IMG/VR virus record: IMGVR_UViG_3300046820_003928
Coordinates: 76,421 to 140,420 of that record
DNA: 64,000 nt
Reading direction: 5' to 3' (one strand)
Source of the DNA: a virus
Of the stretch, positions 19,385 through 29,244 are shown one piece after another. How positions within the stretch are numbered: the first letter of the stretch is position 1; every line of letters starts with the position of its first letter. Under the pieces are notes generated by a model. It saw nothing but the letters and a program-made list of their open reading frames with translations, did no database searches and was not told the origin of the DNA. A program made the translations under genes and the position numbers.

Positions 19385-21327
19385 TAGAATCTCCTTGCAA
19401 GGCTAATATTTCCACGATTTCCTGAATAAAAGACTGGAATAATAGAAACTGATATTGGTCTCTGGGTTCCTAAGAAATAAACTTGTCGACTAAGTCCTGT
19501 GGGAGTAGACTTAAACACTTCTTGATCGGCAGTTATCTCAAAATAGTCTATTTCTTCGGTATTTCCTGCTGCATTCCAGGAAATGAAATTTCCTCGTCTT
19601 GTGATTGACAACCCTAGATTTGACAAAGACACAGATTCCTGAGATTCTGTGCTTATCCTAACATCTGAAAAAACTCCAGTTCTGCCCGAGTAATATCCTA
19701 TATCAGATAGAGACAAAGAATTTCCCGATCTTATCGTGGATGTTCTAAGTGAAGATCTTGTGAAAAACTTTGAGCTAAAGCTTGTTGATTCTTTTTGTCT
19801 ATTTCCTATCAACTTGGTTGTGAGATCAACACTTGTTCCGAGATTGAAGGCATTGTTTGCTAGTATTTCCCTTCCTGATGCGAGAGACTCAAGCGACTCT
19901 GGTGTCGATCTAACTGCTGCTTCAAATCTATAGATGTATCCGGATATGCTATCATCAGAAATTGTAATGCTTCCCGTTGGAAACACTCCGATTTCTTGCT
20001 CTATTCCCGTTGCAAGAGAGATCCTTGTAGTAATGACTCTTGTTATTGGTTTTAAATTGTTTGTCATTTTTTCAAGATCATTTGACAAAAGAGACTCTAG
20101 GCCAAGTGACTTTATATCTCCTATGAGATTGTCATACAGCGACTCAGTCTTGTAATCAACAGAAACATCAAAGGTTGCAAAACCCGAGTCTTGACTTGAT
20201 TCTACAAGAGACGACTTAACAATAGCAAGTTTGTCAAGCTTTAGACCCGGCACAACAATTTCAGACGGACTAGCGTGACTAGTTCCCTGGCTGTCGACGT
20301 ACTCAATAGAGTAGACGTAATCATATTGTGGTATTCTACTTAGATCTTGAATTAGAAGTGTAGAACTTCCAAAGACATTTGAGCTTCCTACGAACTCTCT
20401 ATCGCCTCCGAGGAGTTTTTGTCTGTAAAGAAAAACCTTCTTTATAGTGCTATTGATCCCAAAGACTGAAAAATCAACAGACTCATTTGTTAGAGACTTA
20501 ACATAGAACGGAATAGTCTTGACGTCATTTATGAATCCTGATTTAATCTCTTGAAAGTTTCCTATCCTTTGAGAAAAAAATCTAGAGACTGGAATTGCCC
20601 TAACTGAATAGGTTCGATCTGAGTTGTCTACTTCAAACTCAAATGCAGCAACTCCAGAACTATTAACTGGCGACACAGCTGATCCTAGCGTGTCCCGAGA
20701 TGACATCTCAGTAAAGGAATTACTTGTAACTACAAACTGAAATTCAGATGTTACAGGATCTTCTGTTGTTGCTGCAACTTGTATTTTATTTTTCTCATTC
20801 CTGGTTGTTGTCAAATAGAAATGATTATCTGGTATGTCGTATGTTTTTAATGCCTTTGTATGGCTGATTTCCATTGTATCAATTGTAGCTGTTGATCCGT
20901 TGGAAAGGACATAAGCAATTTCAGCAGTAAAAATGTCATCTAAATAGGCAGAACCAATCTGGGCCTCAAATTCTATCTTTTCTAGAGAAAAATCAGGTCT
21001 ATCAATAAACTTTTCAAAGAAAAATCTCTTGGTGTATTTCCTGCTTTCAATGTTTTGATATCTCTGTGAATCGATTTTTTTTATGATGTTTGAACCTGCA
21101 ACATCTGATTTCTTTATTGAAATGGCAGGTTCTCTTTTTTGAGACGAAAAAAGCCTAACCTTTAGATCTCCATCGATTTGACCAATTAGGCTCTGATCTA
21201 CTAGAATTGGAAAAACATAGTTGAATCTTATCCCAGGAGATGCCTCTTCATGGGATTTAATGAACACACTTGTAGGCCCTTCAAATTTTGCAAATAATTT
21301 GCTTTGTATTCTCTTTATTTTGATCAT
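19384..21327 (-). CDS. Hypothetical virion protein, beta-rich/Ig-like segments
   Basis: 647-aa ORF in structural block; YVYSIEYVD and FISWNAAG...YFEI patterns. Confidence 0.5.
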   Translation of the reverse strand: MIKIKRIQSKLFAKFEGPTSVFIKSHEEASPGIRFNYVFPILVDQSLIGQIDGDLKVRLFSSQKREPAISIKKSDVAGSNIIKKIDSQRYQNIESRKYTKRFFFEKFIDRPDFSLEKIEFEAQIGSAYLDDIFTAEIAYVLSNGSTATIDTMEISHTKALKTYDIPDNHFYLTTTRNEKNKIQVAATTEDPVTSEFQFVVTSNSFTEMSSRDTLGSAVSPVNSSGVAAFEFEVDNSDRTYSVRAIPVSRFFSQRIGNFQEIKSGFINDVKTIPFYVKSLTNESVDFSVFGINSTIKKVFLYRQKLLGGDREFVGSSNVFGSSTLLIQDLSRIPQYDYVYSIEYVDSQGTSHASPSEIVVPGLKLDKLAIVKSSLVESSQDSGFATFDVSVDYKTESLYDNLIGDIKSLGLESLLSNDLEKMTNNLKPITRVITTRISLATGIEQEIGVFPTGSITISDDSISGYIYRFEAAVRSTPESLESLASGREILANNAFNLGTSVDLTTKLIGNRQKESTSFSSKFFTRSSLRTSTIRSGNSLSLSDIGYYSGRTGVFSDVRISTESQESVSLSNLGLSITRRGNFISWNAAGNTEEIDYFEITADQEVFKSTPTGLSRQVYFLGTQRPISVSIIPVFYSGNRGNISLARRF

Positions 21328-22263
21328 TTAATCAAATACCACAGTGAAAAGGTTGATAAAAGTAGCTGTCTGAGTGTCATCAAGAAAGACCTTTCCAAAG
21401 AAAACTATTCTCTTCCTCGGATGCTCTCTATCAGTTGAATCAAATGCCTCTCCAAAGTCAACTGCATCAAGCTTTGTCAATCCATTTGGAGAGACTTCAA
21501 AAAACTGTGCGACCATATCGTTGTCAAGAGAAGTATCTTGTACCTGTATATCGATCCTTTGCTTTATTGGATTGGCATCTGTGCCAAATATCTCTGATTT
21601 TAGATCCTCGTATGTGAGGCTGTTGTACTCTTTTATATTGTTAAATTCTGCTATCTCAACGCTTCCTGTAGTGGTTTCAACAACTGGGGGCAAGAACTTA
21701 AACTGTGGGTTGTTGGCAAACCGCTTGTCAAAAAATAAAGAGTCAGCTTGATTGACGCTTGAAACTTCTATTTCCTTCGACATGCTATTGTCAATCTTAA
21801 AGAATCCACTTATTGGATTCAGAATAAAATTAGGCGTATCGTCAAGAGGATCAGCAGAGGAAATTACTGTGTTATATTGAAGAGAGTTCTTAAATAGATC
21901 GACTATTCCACTAATTGCAGAAGAGAAATCAGATCCTGACGTTAAACCCTTAACAACAGATGATCCCTTGTAGGGGGTTCCATCAGACCCAATTTTTGTT
22001 CCAAATGCGCTAGCCGGTATCAGCTTGCCCGTGTCATCAGTGACAAGAGAAAGAATATTTTGAGGCTGTTGCGGCATTGCCTCAAGATACAGTCTATCGG
22101 TCGCTGTATCGTAAGATCCAGTTACGCTTCCGGGGTCATAGAATGCATGTCCATCTGAAAGGGTTGCATAAGCGATCTTAAGCCCACCCCTTGCAAGCGC
22201 CTCTCTTCCCGTGGGTGTCATAACAACATCCATGACTCTCGTCTTTGGATTTAGAATTCCCAT
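21328..22263 (-). CDS. Virion structural protein, N-terminal paralog of 13397-14101
   Basis: MGILNPKTRVMDVVMTPTGREALARGGLKIAYATLSD. Confidence 0.6.
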   Translation of the reverse strand: MGILNPKTRVMDVVMTPTGREALARGGLKIAYATLSDGHAFYDPGSVTGSYDTATDRLYLEAMPQQPQNILSLVTDDTGKLIPASAFGTKIGSDGTPYKGSSVVKGLTSGSDFSSAISGIVDLFKNSLQYNTVISSADPLDDTPNFILNPISGFFKIDNSMSKEIEVSSVNQADSLFFDKRFANNPQFKFLPPVVETTTGSVEIAEFNNIKEYNSLTYEDLKSEIFGTDANPIKQRIDIQVQDTSLDNDMVAQFFEVSPNGLTKLDAVDFGEAFDSTDREHPRKRIVFFGKVFLDDTQTATFINLFTVVFD

Positions 22264-22280
22264 AAATGGGCCCTCATAGT

Positions 22281-25076
22281 CTAATTATTGAATCCAAAAC
22301 TTCCCGTTATACCAAATACAAGGTTATTGGGACCAAATTTAGCAAATGAAGCTGGAAGGGGACCTCTATTGTGAACAATTCCATCATCAGCATAGGGTCT
22401 TGAAGATGTGCACTCGAAGCTAAGATTGCTAGATTGTGTCTCACTGGGAGAAACTACTGTGTCAGCTGATGCGCTAACAAACATTGCATTAATAGCAGCT
22501 TCTCCAACGACATCTTTTCCAGTGCTTGTAATTACATATTTTGTATTTCTACCTTGCTCAAGAAGATCTCTAAACTGTCCATATCTATCTCTTCTATAGA
22601 CACTTCCAGGTCCAATTATTCTCGGGCTTATCATTCCATATCTAATTGAGGCAGCACCCTTATAGTTCTTCTGGACAGCTGCTGGATCATCTACTGCCGG
22701 ATTTGTTGCTCCATTGTAATACATAAAAAATCTGGAAACATCGCCACGTCCTGCTCCTAAATAAATAGAAGCTGAAGGATTTAAAAGAGAAACAATAAAA
22801 TCACGCTGTCTAGCTTGTGAATTCTCTTTTTCATAAGTGAAGGGTCGACTAAAAAGAGAATTTCCTTCTCTTATGTTTTCAACTGGATAACCCCTTGTTC
22901 CATCTTTGTTTATTTGAAGTGCTGGCTCTTTAGTTAAAAACGATACAGATACCAGGCTATTATCAAGGCCATCAGCAATTACTGATATTGGTGGTACAAA
23001 AGTATCGTAGTAGAGAAAGTCGCTAGATATAAGTTTGATATTTCTCTGGAGAGATCCTGTTATCCATGCCTCTCCTTTTGTTGCAAATGACACCCTTTCT
23101 CTTTCCCCTGCAAAGATGTCTCCAGAGAAGACATTGTCAACATATGATGCAGAAAGAATTGACCTGTCATAGATGTCAAATTGATCAAAGGGCCCTGATT
23201 CATGGATGTCTTCCTGGACAGCAGATGATCCAAGATGTTGATTTAGGACAGGGAGTTGCTCAACCTTATTTGAAATTAGGGATCCGTAAAGCACAACCTG
23301 CGCATTTCCTGCTCGTATTGTGACACGAGAACCAGTTATTGCTAGGACGCTTGTGTCTATTCCTTCATCACTTCTTCCCGTTCCGGGAGATTGCATATTT
23401 GAATTTGCACCTGAATCGATTCCAAACACAAGCTCATCATCGGGAAAGAGAATGATAGGAGTCATCTTGGAAGTTGAAAAGTCTGAAACTGTGCTTATTT
23501 CAGTTCCAGCTAAATTTCCTAGACCGCTTCCCGATGTTATTGATGCTGGAGATCCCTCCCAGAACGAAGAAACAAGAGATCTTGGGCTTGGTTTGCAATT
23601 TTGAAATTGAACTGTCGGAGAAAATGCACCGGGAATAACGTTTAAATTTCTGAATCCAGAAGGAACAAACGGAGCTACAGACGTTCCAGAGGCAACCTGA
23701 CCTCCTCTCCAGAAGTTTTGAATAAATACGCTACCTGTTACAGATCCAGTTCCGGCCCTAAAAGCAGATCCTGCAAGCTTTGATGTGGTCCCAAACACGC
23801 TATTGAACGTAAGAGGTCTAAAAGTCATATCAATTTTTGCATTTATTGACTTTTTTACTGAGACACCTGGCATTGACGCAGTTCTGAATGGAAGATCAAA
23901 GGAGTAGAACTGTGAAACGTTGTGCAACAAGGGCTGTCCCGGTCTTACAGCATCGAGCGTGTTTCTATTAAAAAAGCAAAAAGATTCTTTTCCAACAAGG
24001 TATCTTATGCTACTTGATACGTCTTGCTCGCTATCCGGGGTTGCATTTGATCTATTTTGAACATAGACAAAAAACACATAGTTGTCGATATCTCGACCAA
24101 AACCAAAGTCTGTTGCTCCGACACCGCTTCTGGGATCTTGCGTTCTAAATGCAGTTACTGGAAAATTTACTGAGATTCTGTCAACTACGAATGGCGCAGT
24201 GATATAGTCAGATAATTTTAAAGAGCTTCCAGTAGGAGAGTGATATCTTGGTGCATAAGGGGCTTCAAAAAAAGATGTGGGCTCTCCGATTCTGTGATAA
24301 CCTCTTGCCTCAAGAGCAGCGTCGTTAGATGGCCTGTAAAGAGGATCCTCAGAGACCAGGCTGTATGGACTTCCTGTAAATTGTCCAAGATATGTATTTG
24401 TTCCGCTTACTATTTTATAGACAGGAGTTCCGGCAAATGGAAGTGCAAGATTTTCATCTAGCTGAAATATGGGATCGTAAGCAACAGGGCTACCAGTTGA
24501 TGGATCCCTTGTTCCAACATCTTCCCAGGATTTTGTCTTATGATTGTAATAAAGGAATCCCGATCCTGATCTTCCGTAGAAAGGACCTGACGGGTCTCGG
24601 TTGCTATCTCCAGAATTTAGCTTAATAACATCAAAATCAGATGTTGTGCTTAGATCAAAGACAAGCGCTGTCTTGTCCGAATCAGGTGAAGCAAATCCAG
24701 GAAATAGCTCTGAAGGGAAGCCTGGATCGTCTCTTTTGCTGTAGGCAGCCGGATTTGATCCTTCTTTAAATGGAAAGACTGGATTATATTGAATTTTTTT
24801 ATCCTGATATGATGATCCATCTCTAATTGATGAAGTTAGAAAAAGTGTTCCAGTCAAAAATCCAGACTCAGAAGCCCTATCTGCAGGAATCATATACGGT
24901 GCGAGGATTGATCTGTTGTTTTCAAAGACTATAGTATTATCATTTTCAGAAAACGGAGATGACTCTTCACCAATTTCATTCTGATATCCAGTTCTAACTA
25001 CTGGAGGTATAACATTGACAGAGTCTTTCTGCCTAGCGTAGGCTCTTGGTGAAACATTTAGAAATCTACTTTTCAT
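22281..25076 (-). CDS. Hypothetical virion structural protein (931 aa)
   Basis: S/T/G-rich with many (S/T)GS motifs; in baseplate block. Confidence 0.55.
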   Translation of the reverse strand: MKSRFLNVSPRAYARQKDSVNVIPPVVRTGYQNEIGEESSPFSENDNTIVFENNRSILAPYMIPADRASESGFLTGTLFLTSSIRDGSSYQDKKIQYNPVFPFKEGSNPAAYSKRDDPGFPSELFPGFASPDSDKTALVFDLSTTSDFDVIKLNSGDSNRDPSGPFYGRSGSGFLYYNHKTKSWEDVGTRDPSTGSPVAYDPIFQLDENLALPFAGTPVYKIVSGTNTYLGQFTGSPYSLVSEDPLYRPSNDAALEARGYHRIGEPTSFFEAPYAPRYHSPTGSSLKLSDYITAPFVVDRISVNFPVTAFRTQDPRSGVGATDFGFGRDIDNYVFFVYVQNRSNATPDSEQDVSSSIRYLVGKESFCFFNRNTLDAVRPGQPLLHNVSQFYSFDLPFRTASMPGVSVKKSINAKIDMTFRPLTFNSVFGTTSKLAGSAFRAGTGSVTGSVFIQNFWRGGQVASGTSVAPFVPSGFRNLNVIPGAFSPTVQFQNCKPSPRSLVSSFWEGSPASITSGSGLGNLAGTEISTVSDFSTSKMTPIILFPDDELVFGIDSGANSNMQSPGTGRSDEGIDTSVLAITGSRVTIRAGNAQVVLYGSLISNKVEQLPVLNQHLGSSAVQEDIHESGPFDQFDIYDRSILSASYVDNVFSGDIFAGERERVSFATKGEAWITGSLQRNIKLISSDFLYYDTFVPPISVIADGLDNSLVSVSFLTKEPALQINKDGTRGYPVENIREGNSLFSRPFTYEKENSQARQRDFIVSLLNPSASIYLGAGRGDVSRFFMYYNGATNPAVDDPAAVQKNYKGAASIRYGMISPRIIGPGSVYRRDRYGQFRDLLEQGRNTKYVITSTGKDVVGEAAINAMFVSASADTVVSPSETQSSNLSFECTSSRPYADDGIVHNRGPLPASFAKFGPNNLVFGITGSFGFNN
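22282..22288 (-). promoter_or_regulatory. ATANTTA putative late promoter (ATAATTA)
   Basis: Overlaps the end of the upstream gene; followed by SD GAGGG and ATG 22263. Confidence 0.4.
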
Positions 25077-25789
25077 TTAAGAAGTCCTAAAAATGCAACT
25101 GAGTCTGTTCCAAATTCTGAGGAATAGAGAGAAAACCCATGTGTCCCGATTGACTCAGTAGAGTCATAATCTCCCGTATCATCTAGAATCATATTGAAAT
25201 CATTCACAATCTCTCTATCTGTGAAAGGATCTGTTGTTATTTTTTTAGATCCATAGAACCCTTCTCTTGTTATTCCAAGAGATGATTCTCCGCCATCTAA
25301 GAATGAAAAAACTGAGATTCCAGAACTGATTCCCGATATGGTCTCATCAACAGCTTTTATGCCACGCGTTTTAAATGGAATCTCTTCATTTACTACATAT
25401 CCCCTGGCCCGAATGTCAAAGACTGTAATTCTTCCGTCTTTGTTTGCACCACCCTCATAGTCAATTGATTGACCCAGGATAATCTCACCTGATTCCAAAA
25501 CTGCAGTCAGTGACTTTCTTTCGTCAGCATCTGCGAACGGGACAATATCAAGTGGATCAATCAGTTCTCCAATTACAGAAGGAGAGATCTCTTGATCGAT
25601 CAATCCATCATTTGACATCTCAGCCCACTTTCCTGACGATATGAAGAATGAATTTTCTCTCTTCTTTATGTCTCTCCCATACCGTATTTCAACGCCGTAC
25701 CCTGTCTTCGAAGGAACAAATGCAGGTGTAGTTGTCCCAGGAGACGGTAGATCATTTCTAAATTGACCCTTGTCGTAAAAAGGCTTCAT
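25073..25789 (-). CDS. Hypothetical virion protein
   Basis: ATGA-type overlaps with both neighbours. Confidence 0.55.
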   Translation of the reverse strand: MKPFYDKGQFRNDLPSPGTTTPAFVPSKTGYGVEIRYGRDIKKRENSFFISSGKWAEMSNDGLIDQEISPSVIGELIDPLDIVPFADADERKSLTAVLESGEIILGQSIDYEGGANKDGRITVFDIRARGYVVNEEIPFKTRGIKAVDETISGISSGISVFSFLDGGESSLGITREGFYGSKKITTDPFTDREIVNDFNMILDDTGDYDSTESIGTHGFSLYSSEFGTDSVAFLGLLK

Positions 25790-28700
25790 GGTCTAACCGT
25801 TGTAGTAAAAAAAACAATAGCCTCTACAGTTGTCCTGGAACTAGACTCAGCAGATCCAGGAGCAGACAGTATGAACATCTCTTCTGATCTATATCTAAGC
25901 TTTCCTCTCTCTATTAGATGCGGCTCAATTACATAATTTATTCCCAAGAATCTAGTTCGCTTAGGAAGAATTGATTCAACAAGTTCTGTTAAAGCGACAT
26001 CAACCCATCTAAAAACCTCATAGGTTCTCATTAGATCCATTTTTCCTGTGAGTCGATTGAAATAAACTCGAGAAAAATGATCAAGGCCCGGGTATGTGTC
26101 AGAAAACATAAGTGCGGGATCTCCCATGACATTGTCTATGTACTGAGTATCTCCAATTGTCGATATGATATCTTCATTTAGGGCTTTTACTACGGAGTGT
26201 TCAATTGCAAATCTAACATCATCCACTATTTCATCTGTGTTGTAGATTTCATAGACTGGACCAGAAATTGTAAATTCAGGATCTGTCTCACCTGGAACGC
26301 TAAGACCTCTTACACGCACCTTGTTTTCAGCTTGCTGAAGATCAAATCTCGGAGAAATCCTATTGATACTAATAAGATGAGGAACTACAATTGATTTTTC
26401 TGGCTTAAATCCGGATCCTGAGAGGTGAAGTCCATTTTGGCTAAAGTCAAAGATTCTAATGTTTCCCAGAGAATCAGAAACTGTTGTCGCCTGGTCACAC
26501 GAAGCGTCTATTCTTAGCCGCTCAAATGCACCTGTTTGAACTAGATCGAATCCTAGACCAATTTCTGGATTTTCAAGACCGATGCTATAGAAGTTTCTAG
26601 CGTGTTCAATAAATGACCTATCTCCGGTTTTTGCAGAGGAAAACCTAATTCCAGAAATTTTTCCTGTAAAGAGCGTTCCAATGTAATCACTAAAGCCATT
26701 CAAGAATCTAGATGAAGAATCGATGCTTTGAGATCCGATTATGAAATAAGATCCTGATGAATTGTATGTCGACGTTTTTGTCGTGAATGCACTTGTATTG
26801 AGAGCCTGAGCGCAGTCTGAATAGAAAGATGAAGTTACAAAGAAGTCTGTGCTCTCTCCTGTCTGTCTTGCACATCTAAGCGTATAACTTGATGAAGTTG
26901 AACCAAAGATGTCCCCTCTTATCCTCTCAACTCCAAGTGTCCATCTTTCTCCATCAAACAAATTCAATCCCGGGATTGATAAGACCAGCGGGCTTGGTGC
27001 GATTGTACCTGGCTCCTGTGAGGGCCTTGCTGCAAAAACAACGGATCCGGTCTCTTCTCCTTCTTGTCTGTAGAAAAGGTTTCCAACTAAAAAGTTTGAA
27101 GGTGAAGCGCTTCCTGTTGTTAGTATTCTAAAAATGCTCTGTGTAACTGGATGAGAGACATTTTTATCAAAAACAACAGATGCTTCGAGAGAAAACGATC
27201 CGGATGTTAGGAGGCCATCGCTAGGATTATTTGATATTCCATGCGGAGGAAAACTGGATTTGTTAACAAATGTTCCTGCAGGATCTGGATATCCAATTTC
27301 TATTCTTGATGCACTTAAAAATGGGCTGATTATTCTTGGAGAGTCTTTTCGAACTCCAGGAGAAACAAAGGAACCTGTTGCATTTGTTCCAGATGGAAAT
27401 TGAATCATGGAAGAGACCTCAAAGGCATAGTCTCTTAGATCTGCAATTCTAGCCTCACCAGAATTTCCGAATTCTCTGATCACAAAGAAGTTCTCTGGAA
27501 TAATTCCTGAGGATAGGAATATGGATCTTACTGCTGATTTTGTTCCCTTGGACGTGTTAACATAGGTCATATTTGCAAGAACCCTTCTCCAGAGATCATC
27601 TCTGAGTGCTCGAAGAGTGGTATTGAAATAGCTATCCTCTAGAACGTTCTCGCCAAATGAAAATTGATCTGATGTTGACTTGGCAAAGAAATTTGGAAGA
27701 TCTAATCCAAAATAATCAGCAGCAAATCTTATCATTTGGCTGCTGATCTTATCTTCACTTCCGAGTTCAACAGAAAGAAGTGTTGACATACTATCAATAA
27801 ACTGCTTTATCTCATCGAGAGATATCGACATGATAATCAGAGATTTTAGAAGAGCAGAGGTATCAGGCATCTCTCCTGTACCGGGAACACTAATGAGACT
27901 TGGAGTAACTCCAATTCCTGCATCATATTTTGAGAGACCAGATGCCCTTGCACTGTCCTCAAGATAGTGTGAAGGTATAAGGTTTGTCACAATGTTAGGA
28001 TTTTGATCATCATAATCTGAGGCGCTAGAGATAAGGCTTGAAATGTTAGAAGAGAAAGATGAAAAATCAGGATAAAGAACTGGACTGTAATATGGATTCT
28101 GTCTAACAAGGGGAACTTCAATTGATGAAGTTATCTTAAGACTGCTCGTAAAATTTGAAATCCTAGAATGAAGACATTTTCCTGAATAATCAAGAACAAC
28201 GTCTTTCATGCTGAAATTGCCAAAGGGCTCATCTAGCCTAAAATAGACAGATAGACCATCTTGTGCAAATATTTGCTGGTCTTTTCCTTGCTCAATCTCT
28301 GCCTGTGTCCGCTCCTTTGTGAAAAATCTAAATTCATCAATAGCACCACTCAGTGTTTGTACAGGCAAGAAATCATAATCAAGAATCTGATGATAAGATC
28401 CGCTTCCAATTACGAGGCTTGATGTGTCAAATTCCAAAGATTCAAAATTCTGAATATCTGAAGATGATCCGATCAATTTTTCATTGACATAGATGAACGA
28501 TCTTTTTCCATCTTCATCATTGAAAAGACAGGCTCTAACATGAGAGAAACCTCCCTTTTCTATTGTTCCAGAGGCAATTACATATGAATCTGATGCTGAG
28601 GAGACAAGGAAAAGAACCGTGCAGTCTGTAGTCGAAGAAGACTCTGATAGTGCGAGTGTAAATCCAGCTTCATTTTGCAGTCTTTGCACAATTACCTGAT

Positions 28701-29244
28701 TGTCATTTGAAATCTCTGGTATGTGAAGATGCATCTCTATTTCAAATGGACTGCTATTGATTAGAAGAGCATTTTCTGCACTTGCACCTGGGGCTTCTGG
28801 AAAATCTTTTCCAGATATTGGAGACACAGAGATTGAAGTTCCTCCAGATGTCTCTCCTACCTGAGTTCCAGAGAAAAAAAGATATCCTATATTCCTTGGG
28901 ATAGAATCAAAGACATGCTTCTCAAAACCAGTCAATCCTGTGATGAATCTGTTGATGTCTTTTATTGTTCCGGAGAAGGGATATTCATTGATTGATTTAA
29001 AAAGAGCTACATCGACCTTTGCTCTTGCTGGTGAAAAAAATGTGTGATTTTCAAACTTTGAAAAATCAAGAGAGAGCTGCTGTGTTGATTTGAATCCACC
29101 CTTGAAAGAGTCTAGTAAAAAATTTTCATCACTTGAATCTTTACCAAGAGAAGCATTTGATACACTTCTTTTGACAGCATTTGTAGTCGTCTGCTGCTTC
29201 TTTGATCTAAAGAGTGGAGGTCTGTTTCTAAGCCTGGGCATCAT
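25786..29244 (-). CDS. Baseplate wedge-like protein with LamG-like domains and a P2 gpI/T4 gp7-like segment
   Basis: SGAIDEFRFF...VYFRLDE...VLDYSG (LamG-like); FAADYFGLDLP...LWRRVLANM...SKGTKSAVRSIF (gpI-like). Confidence 0.65.
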   Translation of the reverse strand: MMPRLRNRPPLFRSKKQQTTTNAVKRSVSNASLGKDSSDENFLLDSFKGGFKSTQQLSLDFSKFENHTFFSPARAKVDVALFKSINEYPFSGTIKDINRFITGLTGFEKHVFDSIPRNIGYLFFSGTQVGETSGGTSISVSPISGKDFPEAPGASAENALLINSSPFEIEMHLHIPEISNDNQVIVQRLQNEAGFTLALSESSSTTDCTVLFLVSSASDSYVIASGTIEKGGFSHVRACLFNDEDGKRSFIYVNEKLIGSSSDIQNFESLEFDTSSLVIGSGSYHQILDYDFLPVQTLSGAIDEFRFFTKERTQAEIEQGKDQQIFAQDGLSVYFRLDEPFGNFSMKDVVLDYSGKCLHSRISNFTSSLKITSSIEVPLVRQNPYYSPVLYPDFSSFSSNISSLISSASDYDDQNPNIVTNLIPSHYLEDSARASGLSKYDAGIGVTPSLISVPGTGEMPDTSALLKSLIIMSISLDEIKQFIDSMSTLLSVELGSEDKISSQMIRFAADYFGLDLPNFFAKSTSDQFSFGENVLEDSYFNTTLRALRDDLWRRVLANMTYVNTSKGTKSAVRSIFLSSGIIPENFFVIREFGNSGEARIADLRDYAFEVSSMIQFPSGTNATGSFVSPGVRKDSPRIISPFLSASRIEIGYPDPAGTFVNKSSFPPHGISNNPSDGLLTSGSFSLEASVVFDKNVSHPVTQSIFRILTTGSASPSNFLVGNLFYRQEGEETGSVVFAARPSQEPGTIAPSPLVLSIPGLNLFDGERWTLGVERIRGDIFGSTSSSYTLRCARQTGESTDFFVTSSFYSDCAQALNTSAFTTKTSTYNSSGSYFIIGSQSIDSSSRFLNGFSDYIGTLFTGKISGIRFSSAKTGDRSFIEHARNFYSIGLENPEIGLGFDLVQTGAFERLRIDASCDQATTVSDSLGNIRIFDFSQNGLHLSGSGFKPEKSIVVPHLISINRISPRFDLQQAENKVRVRGLSVPGETDPEFTISGPVYEIYNTDEIVDDVRFAIEHSVVKALNEDIISTIGDTQYIDNVMGDPALMFSDTYPGLDHFSRVYFNRLTGKMDLMRTYEVFRWVDVALTELVESILPKRTRFLGINYVIEPHLIERGKLRYRSEEMFILSAPGSAESSSRTTVEAIVFFTTTVRP

